NCBI GenBank assembly: GCA_964016885.1
Contig: OZ024744.1
Location: 80,228,001-80,292,000 of the forward strand
Source of the DNA: Eledone cirrhosa
Lineage: Eukaryota
Direction of reading: 5' to 3'
DNA length: 64,000 nucleotides
The position numbers and the translations under genes are program-made. This document shows, piece after piece, positions 39,191 through 54,381 of this stretch. The notes under the pieces were generated by a model, which saw only the letters and a program-made list of their open reading frames with translations, did no database searches and was not told the origin of the DNA. Positions within the stretch are counted from its first letter, which is position 1; each line of letters begins with the position of its first letter.

Positions 39191-40388
39191 CGATATATAC
39201 TAGCATAGTACTCATAAAAAATGATGGGGTTAATAGTAAAAAATATTTAAGTAAATAATTCCTTGATTACAAAATCCTCAATTTTCCTTGACCCATATCA
39301 CAGTATTTCATTTTACATTAATTTAAATTAATTATAATAATTTTCTTGCACATTTTCTTTAATCATTATGAAAGATATACCTAAAACTAATCATTATGAA
39401 AGATATACCTAAATGACTTTGTTTTAGTTATCTATCTAGATTAGTAAATACACAGAGATAACTATAGATTGTCAGTCTGACAGAGAAAGAGGTAGGTAGA
39501 TCACGTGGCTTAGTGGTAAGGGTGTTGGACTTACGCTCATAATGCCATGGGTTTGTTTCCTGGGCTGGGTTGCGTGTTGTGTTCTTGAGCAAAACACTTC
39601 ATTTCACATTGTTCTTGTATATTCAGCTGAAAATGAGTACCAACAATAGCGGGGGTTTTAATCCTGCGATGGACTGGCGTCCTGTCTGGAGGTAGTCTTG
39701 TACTCTCAGTCGCTTCACGCCATGAAACCGGGATAAGCACTGGCCTAACAAGCTTTTTGGCTTAAGACAGAATTAGGTAGATCGATACATAGTTATGTAA
39801 GCAAATAGATAACCACTGAACACTTTGTCAAAATTGTGACAGAGATAAGCAGAGAGAGAAATATCAAATTACCATCTTTATACTAAAGTTAGCACAAAAT
39901 GGTTGCTACATGACTTTGTGTTTTCTCATAAATGATATATATATATATATATACCAGATTATTATCTATCTTATGACAGATAAATATGAAAGTATATATA
40001 TATATTATGTTGGTACCACAAAACACCCAGCCCACACTGTAAAGTGGTCTTGTAGGTGTCATGACAAAAAGCACCCAGCCCACACTGTAAAGTGGTCATG
40101 TAGGAGACACGGCAAAAAGCACCCACCACACACTGTAAATGTGGTTGGCGTTAGGAAGGGCATCCAGAAACAGTCCTATATGAGCGTGACACGGTCACTT
40201 GACCCAATTTGCCTCTAAATGGGACAAACCCGTCTAACCCATGCTAGCGCGGAAAATAGACGTTAAATGATGAAGATGATGATATTTACCACTGTGGGCA
40301 ATATTAGGTAAATAAATACATTTAATACACTTGTAACATAACAAATATACGATAAAACCAAATCAGTACAATATAGATATTGTGTTTG

Positions 40389-40423
<35 letters not shown>

Positions 40424-41280
40424 ATTTACATGTACAGTACATAGACTACTCTTCTTTCCTTTACCTTTTCTACGGAAATACTTAACACACACACACATAC
40501 ACATACACATACATACATACATACATACATACATACATACATACATACATACATACATACACACATACATACATACATACGTATGTATGTATGTGTGTGT
40601 GTGTGTGTGTACATAACAAATTTACGCATTCCTCCTTAGATTAAACAAAAGAAAATGATGAATCTGATGTACACTACAAATATAGTATTAAAAGAAAACC
40701 AAAAAATTGAGGACAGAAATATGTTTATTCCTATATGAGGGTCAAGTTGTCCTAATATTCCATTCATTGAAAAAACCAAAATCACAAACAAACAAGAGAG
40801 GATGAAAAGAAAAGCAGACGACATTTATTTTGATGTATGGGTTTGTGTGCGTGTGCACACACACAAACATATATATATAGTCCCGTCGCGTAACTCCTTG
40901 TGGAGTCATAGGGGCGCCATATGGACATACGGGATTTCTTGGGCATTTTAAGCCTGGCTGAGCCCATGCCTCTCCAGCCAGGCCTGAGTACAGCAGATTT
41001 CTTCCAGAGTGAGGAAGAATCGACCTCAGTACTGGACTGGTACTTTATTTTATCGATCTCGAAAGGATGAAAGGCAAAGTTGACCTCTGCAGAATTTGAA
41101 CTGAGAGAGTAGAGAGCCGGAACGAATACAATAAAGCATTCTAACTGACGTTCTAACGACTCTGCCAATTCGCCGTCTATACATACATACATACATACAT
41201 ACATACATACATACATACATACATACATACATACATACATACATACATACATACATACATACATACATACATACATACAT

Positions 41281-41311
<31 letters not shown>

Positions 41312-41738
41312 TACATTTACGAAGTCTTAGTAAAATGTGTTTTGTTTTTTTTAAGTATTAAAATGTGAATAAAATATATAAGCAATCCCTTTTTTATGCT
41401 TTCATGGTTATATAACATCTATGAGAAAGAGAGAGAGAAAGAAACAAACATTTTCAGTTCTACACCTAAGATGGCGGTTTTTCTAGTCAGATTAAAAATG
41501 TTGGACAACCTAGGCATTTTTTTAATTTTTAATTATTTATTTTACTATGTATTAGGGTTTAAAACATTATTATTATTTCACTTCAAGATATTGTATATGG
41601 GAATTAAAAGAATAACGTTTTAAAATGGAAAGAGGTAATAAGGGGTAAAGTGCATTTAATTGTATCTGAAAACTGATAAATTTGAGTGATTTTCATGGGA
41701 TAATGGAAATAGATAAGGGATTATACAGTATAGTACAT

Positions 41739-41846
<108 letters not shown>

Positions 41847-41876
41847 CTCTGATTTATCTGAATTATTGAGCCCTCT

Positions 41877-42062
41877 GCCGGTGGATTGGCAGTATCGGTA
41901 GAGGGTCGGACGCCATGCTTTGCAGCATAGAGTTACGTCCCTTTACTATCTGAGTTCAAATCCCGCCGAGGTTGACTTTGCCTTCCATCCTTACGGGGTC
42001 GATAAAATAAAGTACCAGTAATGCACTGGGTATGTGCTGGCCTTGTGCCTAAAGTAGAAACA
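41877..42062 (+). mobile_element. tRNA-derived SINE (major family)
   Basis: Near full-length copy. Confidence 0.85.
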
Positions 42063-42118
42063 CAAGTCGATGTTGTACGGTATGTCAAATCTATTTATCT
42101 ATAAAACTGTTTATATTG

Positions 42119-42184
42119 TATTTTGTCTGAGGAAGGCATAGCATATTGTTAATATGATATCCCTGAAATATATATAATGAAATA
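42119..42184 (+). ncRNA. Type I hammerhead ribozyme motif
   Basis: tattttgt CTGAGGA aggcatagcatatt gtt aatatgatatccct GAAA tatata TA^atgaaata. Confidence 0.75.
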
Positions 42185-42224
42185 GATATGGTTTTATAAA
42201 TATAGTTTCCATTTATTTAATATC

Positions 42225-42307
<83 letters not shown>

Positions 42308-42656
42308 CATATATATATACATATATATACATATATGCATACATATATATACATATATGCATACATACACACACACACACACATAAATATACATATGCAT
42401 ACATACACATATATACATACACACATATATACATACATATACATATATATATATATATATATATACATTCACACACACAAGACCTGTCAATTCTCCCTGT
42501 CGGACGGGGAGATCTCCCGCCCACTTCGGGGTGGGTGAGAGATGTCTTCTCTTGTGAAAATGGGTATAGCTTTCACTATGTAAAATCTCCCCCATTTGCC
42601 TCAATTCTCCCCGTTTTGGTTTTTAGAAGTTGACATGTCTGCACACACACACACAT

Positions 42657-42691
<35 letters not shown>

Positions 42692-44032
42692 TGTATTAAG
42701 GTATTTCTCAATAAAAATAACTCAATAATTCTTTTATAATATAACTGGAGAGAATTTAAAAAATTGCCAATCAATAATATATTTAAACCGGCCATATCCA
42801 GCCATAATTCTCTCACCTTTCTGTTCAAACCGGTCATAACTGGCTGTTCATACTGATGTTAAAGTATTGTTCTCAAAATGAATAATATTAAAATCTCATA
42901 GATGCGATATTATGTGTGATAATTATGTGAGATAAAACCTTTACCATGAAAATACAATAGTATATATAGAGTAATGTAAATGCTAAATAACATTATGTTT
43001 ATGTCGTCAAAGATTGAAATATAGAAGGCTTGCCGTTCATCCTTCTGGGATCGGTAAAATGAAGTATCAATCAAATACTGGTTCCGGGGAGGGAGGGGGG
43101 GTTAATATAATCGACTGCACGTGAGCAATGGGCCGAACATGGTATAAAAAGAATCCAAACCCACTCCACACCTCAACACACTACGATCTCAGGCGCACAC
43201 ACATACACCGGTTGAAAGAATATACATTGCCGGTACATCAATCGATGGATCTCCGTCCGTTTCGACGATGAGTAGTCGAGTTCGATAAAACAGAGCAGCC
43301 CAAAATTATGAAATTAACGTGTAAGCAGTGACCGAGCATTCCCCAGACACGTGTATCTTTAATATAAATTCTCAGTGAGATTCGGCAAGAGACGGTGTGT
43401 GGCACACGACGGGCTTCCAAACAGCTTCCGTCTTTCTAGTTTCACTCACAAGGTCAACCTGGGGTTATGGTAAATCTTAGTTTGCCAAGGACACCAAGCA
43501 GTGGGATCGAACTAGAGACTTAACGATTGTGAAGCGACCTCCTCAACCATTCGACCGTCCTGCGTCCACTTTTTCATCAATATTAAATAAATAAAAATCA
43601 AAAAATAAAGAAAGCATATTACCATTAACACATACAGAATACAGACACACGCAGAGAGACACACATACACACACACACACTCTCTCTCCCATTTAAAAGG
43701 GGGTAACGCAAAGAATTAGCTAGTAAACTAATGCGTATGTATGTATTTATGTGTCTGTGCATATACAAGTATGCATGTTGATACTGGTAATGTTTGAATG
43801 TTTTATATATACACTTGTATAATATGTGTGTGTGTGTGCATGTTAAGTAGACAAAGTTAAGGAAAGAAGAGTGCTCTATGTATAGTACAGAGCTATTTAA
43901 TTACATAAATAACTCTATAATATGAGTTTTGCAAGAAATGTCAACATGAATGGATCTGTTATTTTTATCTAAAGACATTCTTTTCCAATTCCATCCCGCC
44001 CCTCCCCTCAATCTATTTTATTTCTCATTCTT

Positions 44033-44068
44033 TCTTCTGATGAAGGACTAGCGTCCGAAACATTAAGA
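44033..44068 (+). ncRNA. Minimal hammerhead ribozyme motif (GGAC-TAGC-GTCC family)
   Basis: tctt CTGATGA a ggac tagc gtcc GAAA ca TT^aaga. Confidence 0.8.
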
Positions 44069-44150
44069 CCCTCTTCCTGCTATATCAAGCGTTAACCTAA
44101 TATATACCTTCCATATTTCTGTTTACCTTTTACATACATATATATATAAA

Positions 44151-44295
<145 letters not shown>

Positions 44296-44489
44296 GTAGA
44301 GGTTATATTTAATTTGTTGGAATACAACAAGCAAAATATTTTTATAACTGATATAAAGCACTCAACAAATTATTGGAGTAAATATACAATATGCCTTGGT
44401 GGCTCTTGAAATATGTATAATGAAATAAATATGGTTTTATAAATATAGTTTCCATTTGTTAATATATTGTATATATATATATATATATA

Positions 44490-44944
44490 CAAGAGACATG
44501 AAAATCCGCCTCTTCATTGCTGTAGTGGAGTCTGTGCTGCTGTATGGGTCTGAGACTTGGACACTGACCAAGAGACTCACTCAGATGGTGGATGGGTGCT
44601 ACACGAGAATGCTGAGGATGGCTCTGAACATTAATCAGTATACACTGAGGATGAAAAACTCAGAGCTGTATGGGAGCATCCCAAAAGTCAGCTCAAAAGT
44701 GACACAGAGGAGACTGAGGTTGGCTGGACATGCTCACCGACATCCAGAGTTGACATTGCACTCAGTGCTCCTTTGGGAGCCCCTACATGGACACACTAGA
44801 AGAGGAAGACCAAGGTTAACATATGTTGATGCCCTAAGGACAGACACTGGTCTGTTGGAGATGCAGGATATGGCAGCGATAATGAGGGACAGAGACCGCT
44901 GGAGAGAACTCGTCCATGGATCTCGGGAATTTTACCCGCCTTAG
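44490..44944 (+). mobile_element. 5'-truncated RTE-clade LINE 3' end
   Basis: Open frame KIRLFIAVVESVLLYGSETWTLTK...RLRLAGHAHRHPE...RGRP; (AGAT) tail. Confidence 0.9.
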
Positions 44945-46179
44945 ATAGATAGATATATATATAAATGAAAATTGAGAAATGAATGTGAGCAAGAAGCCAA
45001 CAGTAATTCAGACATATAAGTGACTATTACGTCAAGATGGAAAATATTTAACGTAAGACATGGGAAAATAATTCAATCTCAATTCAAAAAAAGTCAAGAC
45101 AGAAATTTTATCCACAGATTTTGTGTAATCCAGGGAAAAAACAAATAGTCTTAACTGAGAATAAAATTAAGGGTAAATACTTATCCTTCAATTGGGAAAA
45201 ATCTACAAATGCTCTATGTAGTCTTAAAAAGACTATTTCACGAAACTTTTCAGTGGGGTTAGTCACGGTTGGAATCGTTTATCAGTAGAGCTCAACACGA
45301 TAACTAAGATCTACAGCTAAAATATGCCAAAAGGGAATTTAAAAGCAAGCTAGTTACACCTCGTGTGGAATTAAGATAATAAACACACATGGAGAACAGG
45401 GCTAGTGACGTCAGAATGAGACGAATGACTGTTTACAAGAAACAGCAGTCAAAACATTCCGAAAAAAACTCAACAAAAGGTATGGAGTTCAGCATAAAGC
45501 AATATTATCACGGTTTTTAAAAAAACCGGGATTAGTCACAAATAATTTTAAGCACTCTAGGAAAAATTCCGAATATATATATATAATGTGTGTGCGTGTG
45601 TGTGTGTGTGGGGGGGGGGGGGGGGTTATATATATGTATAGTTTTAATAGGTAGGTTAAAATATCCAAGGTATAGAGCAACTCAAGTCCGTAGGGCGAAT
45701 TTCAATATAAATAGTAAGGCCAGTTACTACAACGGCGCCATACAAGGTACGAACGTTTCGTTCACCCTGAGGATCAACTTATTCAACCTCGTGTTCTGGT
45801 TCATTTTCATCGGCACAGGTTGAACAAGTTGATCCTCAGGGCTAACGAAACGCATATATATATACATATACACAATTACGGTCCTTTACATTCTGTGTTC
45901 AAATTCCGCCGAGGTTAACTTTGCCTATCATCCTTACGGGGTCGATCAAATATAGTACCAGTAACGTACTGGGGTCGATTTTATCAACTTTTCCCTCCCC
46001 TTAAAATTGGTGGCTTTGGGCCAAATGTAGAAACGATTGTTATTATAATTAAAGAACTACGCACTGTGGTCGATTTAATCGACTTTCCCTTTCCCCAAAA
46101 TTGTTGGCCTTGTGCCCAAATCAGAAACTATTATTATAAGAAACCATTACTATAAACAGAAAATATAAGAAACCATTAT

Positions 46180-46653
46180 TGGCAGTATCGATAGAGGGTC
46201 GGACGCCATGCTTTGATGCATAGAGTTACGGCCCTTGCTATTCTGAGTTCAAATCCCGCCGAGGTTAACTTTGCCTTTCATCCTTACGGGGTCGATAAAA
46301 TAAAGTACCAGGAATACACTGGGTAATTGCTGGCTTTTGTGCCCCAAAAAGTAGAAACAATTATTGTTGTTGTTGTCTTTATAAATTATTTTCACATCTC
46401 TTTTCTTTTTTTTCATTCTCAATATCTTTTCTCTTCTATTAAATTTAAAAAACGAAACAAAACAAGAGAAAGATAATTGTTTCTACTTTTGGCACAAGGC
46501 CAGCAATTACCCAGTACATTACTGGTACTTTATTTTATCGACCCCCGTAAGGATGAAAGGCAAAGTTAACCTCGGCGGGATTTGAACTCAGACCGTAAAG
46601 GGACGTAACTATGCTAGAAAGCATGGTGTCCTACCCTCTACCGATACTGCCAA
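46180..46653. mobile_element. Inverted (tail-to-tail) pair of major-family SINEs
   Basis: 46180-46364 (+) and 46474-46653 (-). Confidence 0.85.
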
Positions 46654-46785
46654 TTCACCTAGAAAGATAATGATAGTGATATTCATCTATTTGTTCTTGG
46701 CGGCGGAACCAAAATATATATATGTCGTGCTTAAGTGAACTGAGCAGTTTTTATTTCTTCTGTTTCTTATTTAGTGGGTGGGTGG

Positions 46786-46821
<36 letters not shown>

Positions 46822-46830
46822 GTGTGTGCG

Positions 46831-46896
<66 letters not shown>

Positions 46897-47019
46897 TGTG
46901 TGAGTGTGTGTGTGTTTTCCACGGAGCAGACTGCGTCTGCTGTTTCTTCTAAATTATAAGATTATTTGGCACACTTTCAAATGACTGAAACAATGAATAT
47001 ATATATATATATATATATT

Positions 47020-47103
<84 letters not shown>

Positions 47104-47135
47104 TATATATATATTATATATAGATATATATATAT

Positions 47136-47167
<32 letters not shown>

Positions 47168-47215
47168 ATATATATATAATATATATATATATTATATATA
47201 TATATATTATATATA

Positions 47216-47258
<43 letters not shown>

Positions 47259-47279
47259 TATATATATATATATATAATA

Positions 47280-47323
<44 letters not shown>

Positions 47324-47347
47324 ATATATATATAATATATATATATA

Positions 47348-47767
47348 TACATTTCCTCTTACATCTCTCTCTTCACCACCGGATTCTGTTACCCAGAGAT
47401 TTACCCATCTGCATTGTTGAGGCTTCCAAAACGACCCAAATTTTTTTTATTGTACGTGGCCCCTGTTGCCCACATACGGCGGACAACAGGGGCCACGTAC
47501 CGTTCCTCTCCGACAGATAACCTTCCTCATCGGAACCCCCCCCCCCCCTCCAGTTGATGGATGCGAAATCCGAAATATAGGGACAATTAAATCTCTCCCA
47601 AGGTAACTCTATCTCGTGTTATTATTTTTATTTTTTACGCTCTTTCCTACGTTCCTCTACACACTATACATCTCATTCTACATTTCCTCTTACATCTCTC
47701 TCTTCACCATCGGATTCTGTTACCCGGAGATTTACCTATCTGCATTGTTGAGGCTTCCAAAACGACC
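47348..47767. mobile_element. Partial tandem element with a 331-bp period, in (TA)n
   Basis: 89-bp direct repeats at 47348-47436 and 47679-47767; internal 17-bp GC-rich stem at 47452-47500. Confidence 0.7.
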
Positions 47768-47768
47768 A

Positions 47769-47876
<108 letters not shown>

Positions 47877-47996
47877 GTATATATATATGTATATATATAT
47901 GTATATATATATATATGTATATATATATATGTATATATATATATATGTATATATATATGTATATATATATATACACAGACCCTCCATATCAACTCA

Positions 47997-48034
47997 CCTT
48001 TTGAAAAGCAGAAGAACTGCGAAACCGGTAAAGG
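47997..48034 (+). ncRNA. Hammerhead-like motif with aberrant core (second copy 51731-51768)
   Basis: cctt TTGAAAA gcag aagaa ctgc GAAA ccgg TA^aagg. Confidence 0.55.
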
Positions 48035-48104
48035 AACCAAATAAATATATATATATTTTTTTTAAAATAAGACTTCAGTTGCATTTTCGATTTCATCTCT
48101 TTTT

Positions 48105-48157
<53 letters not shown>

Positions 48158-48159
<2 letters not shown>

Positions 48160-48347
48160 AAAGTTTTATTTAAAATTGTTGGGTTACAACGAGTAAATAT
48201 TTTATAACTGATATAAAAGCACTCAACAAGTTTTGGAGTATTTTACGATATTAAACAAATGGAAACTACATTTATAAAACCATATTTATTTCATTATATA
48301 TATTTCAGGGATATCATATTAAAAATATGGTATTTTGTTTAATATCG

Positions 48348-48349
<2 letters not shown>
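48158..48349 (-). mobile_element. Fold-back insert of the 42119 HHR family (also 44302-44472)
   Basis: Long arm with tail is truncated in HHR stem II; 16-bp inverted arm tacgatattaaacaaa/tttgtttaatatcgta. Confidence 0.7.
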
Positions 48350-48382
<33 letters not shown>

Positions 48383-48426
48383 ATGTGTGTGTATGTGTGT
48401 GTGTGTATGTATATATGTGTGTATGA

Positions 48427-48457
<31 letters not shown>

Positions 48458-48511
48458 CACCCTGTGTGTGTGTGTGTGTGTGTGTGTCTATATCTATTTC
48501 ATTTTATAACT

Positions 48512-48636
48512 ATTTCATCTGATGAACAAGCTGGACGTTTCTGTTAGGATTATCTAGTTTCCTGAAACCTTTGGTAATAGCTCTGTACTATACATAGAGC
48601 ACTCTTATTTTTACCTTTCCTACGGAAATACATAAC
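48512..48636 (+). ncRNA. Decayed hammerhead motif plus tail (63303 family)
   Basis: atttcat CTGATGA...GAAA cctttgg TA, then tail agctctgtactatacatagagcactc. Confidence 0.6.
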
Positions 48637-48642
48637 ACACAC

Positions 48643-48673
<31 letters not shown>

Positions 48674-48718
48674 TATACACATATATATATATACATATAT
48701 ATACACATATATATACAC

Positions 48719-48749
<31 letters not shown>

Positions 48750-49036
48750 TGTGTGTGTGTGTGTGTGTGTGTTTATATACATATATGTGTATTTACATAT
48801 GTGTGTGTGTATTGTAGTATTTTATATATAAAAAGGGTACAAAACCAATACTTTTAGTTTAATAATTCTTTTATTACAAACTTTTTGTAGATAATCTTGG
48901 TTGGTGTTCTTATGTATACAATGATATGTATGCGTATATAAATATAAACACGCCAATACAGACATACACTGACACAAGTATAAATAACACTCATACACTC
49001 ACACAGGTGTTATAAACACACAAATACACACAATAA

Positions 49037-49213
49037 TAATTGTTTCTACTTTTGTCACAAGGCCAGCAATTATTCAGTGTATTACTGGTACTTTATTTTA
49101 TCGACCCCGTAAGGATGAAAGGCAAAGTTAACCTCGGCGGGATTTGAACTGTCCGTAAAGGGACGTAACTCTATGCTGGAAAGCATGGCGTCTAACTTTC
49201 TATCGATATGGCC
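49037..49213 (-). mobile_element. tRNA-derived SINE (major family)
   Basis: Reverse complement of the family consensus. Confidence 0.85.
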
Positions 49214-49434
49214 ATAATAATAGCCATAGAACACTGGTCGGTTTTTTACTGTTGTCCCCCCCCCCCCACCACCATACACAGACACACTTCCTTTATCAGT
49301 TATCACATAGATGTGTGTGTATGTAATAATTATTTATCTAATGTCTGTTTATGTACACGTATATGTAGATGTGTGTGCGTGGTTGTAATTCTATTGTATA
49401 TAAATAAACACAATGGCTATTATCATGGTTGATG

Positions 49435-49473
<39 letters not shown>

Positions 49474-49984
49474 CATAAGTTTATCCCGGCTTCAATCGGG
49501 GGTAACCAGAGTAAGTAAGGTACTCAATACATAGCAGAGTATATATAATGAATGCGGAGGAAGAATATCAACGGAAGGGGGGGAAAAAACAAACAAAAAA
49601 ACAAAAGGGATAAAAAGAAAAGAAAGAATAAACAAACAAGAACAAGCAAATGAATGCATGAAGAAGGGGGCGGGGTAGTGGGGTGGGTAGAGAGATTGGT
49701 AGAGAAAGGAGATGGAGGAGAAGGAAGATCACCATGGAGACGAATGAAACATTGATGTTTCTAAATAAATGAATATTTCAGTAGACAGGATGTAATATAG
49801 GCAACAGCTCAATTATACAGCCCGAACGCTGCTAAGCTTACTACAACTTACACACAAACTAGAACTAGGACAGCTTAAACACATCGAGTCTATTTCCACT
49901 TTCATTTTCACATTGTCACATGTGACCTGAACTAAGTTTTAAATTGTTATTGAGCAGCAGCTCACACACAGACACAGACACATG

Positions 49985-50019
<35 letters not shown>

Positions 50020-51086
50020 GGAGAATATATATATATATGCATACACAGAGGAACAGTGTTATGTAGAAATGATATACAAACAGCGCTATTGATTGATCGA
50101 TTTTCCCTCTACTGATTCATTAAGTGATCGATTTGTTTGTCCATAACCGATTAATAATAGTCTGGCGGCTGTTTGGCAGGGCGATAAATTCAAATGGATA
50201 ATTGATTGAATGAATGTCAGACACATTTAGATTATTTTAAATACACAAAAGGACAGGCTAAAATACACTTAAACTATTACAGATCCTTTTATTGGCGTGT
50301 AATAATTGACAAAAAAGCGTTGTGATTGAATATAGCAACAGCAGGCTCGAGTCATGTACAGTCTAAAAAATAGTTAGAATTACGGAAAGAATCCGGACTA
50401 TGGAAACTAGATTCCATTTATCTTTCCAGTGATGGTACTACTTGTCAGTCATAACTCTTGGCAGAAGAGTCACTGCTTTTCCGGTGACAGGAGACAGAAT
50501 GTCATCTCAAAACATACACAGCTAGAACAGATACTGCAAACTACTCTGTCCGACACTCGACACACAAATAATTCCATCAATCCACCTCACTTCGACTGGT
50601 AGTTTATTTATCGATATAAAAAAAAGAATGGAAGGCCAAGATGACCTCGGCGTGGTTTTGAATTTCAGACACAGCGAAGAGCCATATTTAATTCCGAGGC
50701 AAATAATAACCGAATGATTCTATTATCTGCCAATTTGTCGACATTAATATGTCTAGTGTTAGCTTTATTTCTGTTTAAACCAACAGTTAAATATCAAGAA
50801 AAGGAAAGATAGAGTTAGCCTAGGTTCTGAACCACAAAATCTTATTACGTTCTAGACAATATGAGTTGAAGTTATATATCGTGTTTGCTGAATTATACGG
50901 CGCAATTTCACTACTAACCACCACTGGAAGTGTCTCAAAAAATCAAATCAGCTTGTATCTTATAAACACAAGGTCATGTACTGACCTTAGGGTTTTGGTT
51001 ACTGGCAAGTAGAAGTTCAAGAAAAGGTTTATAAGTTCACGCTATGTATATGTGTGTGTGTATATATATAAACACATACGCGCAGG

Positions 51087-51120
<34 letters not shown>

Positions 51121-51216
51121 ACATGTTGGTACCCGAGTTGTGTCGGGGAGGTAACCACGGTTAAAGAAGCTACTCAATACCTTGTTAGAGTAAAGACATC
51201 TTTATTATTATATATA

Positions 51217-51401
51217 GGGCGGTGGATTGGCAGTATCGGTAGAGAGTCGGACACCATGCTTTGAAGCATAGAGTCCTTTATGATCTGAGTTCAAATCCCG
51301 CCGAGGTTAACTTTGCCTTTCATCCTTACGGGGTCGATAAAATAAAGTACCAGTAATGTACTGAATAATTGCTGGCCTTGTGCCAAAAGTAGAAACAATT
51401 A
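51217..51401 (+). mobile_element. tRNA-derived SINE (major family)
   Basis: Full head; flanked by attattatatata duplicates. Confidence 0.85.
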
Positions 51402-51570
51402 TTATATATAGAAATGATTTCTACGGGACATTCTTGATGATTTCATATGAATGAAACAGTTCTAGTTTTGTGGAAGTCATAAATATCTCTTTGCTTATAT
51501 ATGTATATATATATATATAGTGGTAGAATACTGGAAGGTAATATCCTGTTCTGTATAACCATGTCGATTA

Positions 51571-51608
51571 CGAGCTGAAGATCCGCTAAGGTGAAACAAT
51601 TCTTCTCG
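51571..51608 (+). ncRNA. Minimal hammerhead ribozyme motif
   Basis: cgag CTGAAGA t cc gctaa gg t GAAA caattc TT^ctcg, inside a ~120-bp insert between (TA)n tracts. Confidence 0.65.
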
Positions 51609-51901
51609 GTATAGTGAACTGTTGTGTGTAACCACTTCTATATATATATTTATATATATATATATATATAGATGTGAGATCATATATATATGAGATGTGA
51701 GAAAAACCACAGACCCTCCATCTCAACTCTACTTTTGAAAAGCAGAAGAACTGCGAAACCGGTAAAGGAACCAAATAAATATATATATTTTTTAAAATAA
51801 GACTCCAGTTGCATTTTCGATTTCATCTTTATTTCTTTATACTTTCACACGTGTAGGACACCTCGGTTATTTTTCATTTTGTAAAAAAAACTTCACTTTC
51901 T

Positions 51902-51986
<85 letters not shown>

Positions 51987-52050
51987 GATAAATCTACCAA
52001 GAGTTTACGGTAGTGTCCAATCCGTATGAAGAACTCACATTATTTTTTTA

Positions 52051-52111
<61 letters not shown>

Positions 52112-53139
52112 AACACATACAGTTTGTATAGCGTGCTGAAGAAGATGCAGCATATATATACACACAGCAATTCGACCTAGTAGAAATAGCAGCCAAATCT
52201 GACCTAAATCTCACATTACCATCATTAAAAGAGGACATAGTTTCAAATGTCCTAAAAAATATTTGTCTGAAAAAAAAAAATGATATGGTCACTACTGGAA
52301 TACCTTTTGATTCATAGGTCTGATAGATCATGGTTGACCTAGGGTTAAACAACAACAACAACAACAACCATACAAACAACTAGTTTACTGCTATTGTTGT
52401 TTAGCTCCGTCCCAGTTATGACCATTCCATTTATTCCCATTTTATTTTCAGACATAGTTTTGCATCCAGGACTACGTTCTCTAAAATGTCCTTGATTTTT
52501 TTTTTTTTCTTTTTCGGGTAGTAATCTGTGTTTTTAGGGAGACTTGTGTTATATTTCTAACGGGTAAATTAGATGCCTATACATGTAGGGAATGTTTCCT
52601 CGTCCCTCCATATAGATATCATAAAAGTACACACACACACACACACACACATACATGTATGTATGCTGGAAATGTGGTAAAATAATGGTTTCTGATATAG
52701 GCACAAGGCCAACAATTTTTGTGGAGTAGGGTAAAGTCAATTAAATCGACCCCAATGCATTACCGGCGCATTGTTTCATCGACCCTGTAAGGATGAAAGG
52801 CAAAGCTAACCTCGACAGGATTTGAACTCAGTGTGCTAAAATAATTGTTTCTATTTTTGGCACAAGGCCACCAATTATCACAGTGCATTACTGGTACTTT
52901 ATTTTATCGACCCCGTAAGGATGAAAGGCAAAGTCAACCTCGGCGGGATAGATAAAATATGTTTGGTATTAAGATATTGACGTACCTTATGAAAGCACAT
53001 AAAATAAATATGGTATTATAAAGATATTTTCCATTTATTAATATTGTTAATATTAATAATACTCCAGAAAAAACTTGTAGAGTGCTTCAAATCTGTTATA
53101 AAATTATCTGTTGAATAATAATCAACAAAAAATATAACT

Positions 53140-53185
<46 letters not shown>

Positions 53186-53306
53186 CCATACATAAACAAA
53201 TGTATGTGTATATATATATATATACACACATACACCCATATATATATATGGGTGTATGTGTGTATATATGTATGTATGTATATATATATGTATATATATA
53301 TGTATG

Positions 53307-53405
<99 letters not shown>

Positions 53406-54008
53406 CTTTTTTTTATTTTATTTTTTATTTATTTATTAATTTTTTTTTTCTCCTCGTGCAATGGCCATACTCGATAACGAGGGGGCAGCCATCATGTATA
53501 TATATATATATATATACACACACATACATTTGTTTATGTATGGGTGTATGTGTGTATATGTAGGATGTGTATGTATGATGCCTGTGTGGGTGCATACATA
53601 TGTATGGATGGATGGGTGAATGTATGTATGGCTGTATGGACGGATGTATGGATGGACGGACAGATGGAAAGATGTATAGATACATAGAGGTCTTTCTACA
53701 AAGATGGATAAATATATGGATGGCTAGATTGGTCAACAAGTTATAGAATGGTATAAGTAGGTGGAATATCTCTGCATTTCATAACATCTATTACCGTTTT
53801 TAATGTTTCCTATTTCAAGAATCTTCCGTGATGAGATGTCGTCGTTGTTTTAAACAGAGGTTGCCGAATATATATATATATAGAGATGGAAAGACAAGAC
53901 ATACACATAAGACATATTCGACGTCGTCATTCTCTCTATTAAATTAAATTCGACAGAGAGTATAGTGATATTTATCAGATAGTAGTTTGTAAAATATACC
54001 AACAGTAG

Positions 54009-54059
<51 letters not shown>

Positions 54060-54095
54060 TGTGTGTGTATTATAAACATATATATATGTACATAT

Positions 54096-54126
<31 letters not shown>

Positions 54127-54159
54127 ATATACATATATATCATATATATATATACACAT

Positions 54160-54227
<68 letters not shown>

Positions 54228-54339
54228 CCGTGGAAAAGGTAAAGGAAAGATGAGTGCTCTATGTATAGTAAAGAGCTATTTAATTATGTAATAAACACAT
54301 ATATATATATATGGAACTCCTTTAACCATCTTTTGATCT

Positions 54340-54381
<42 letters not shown>

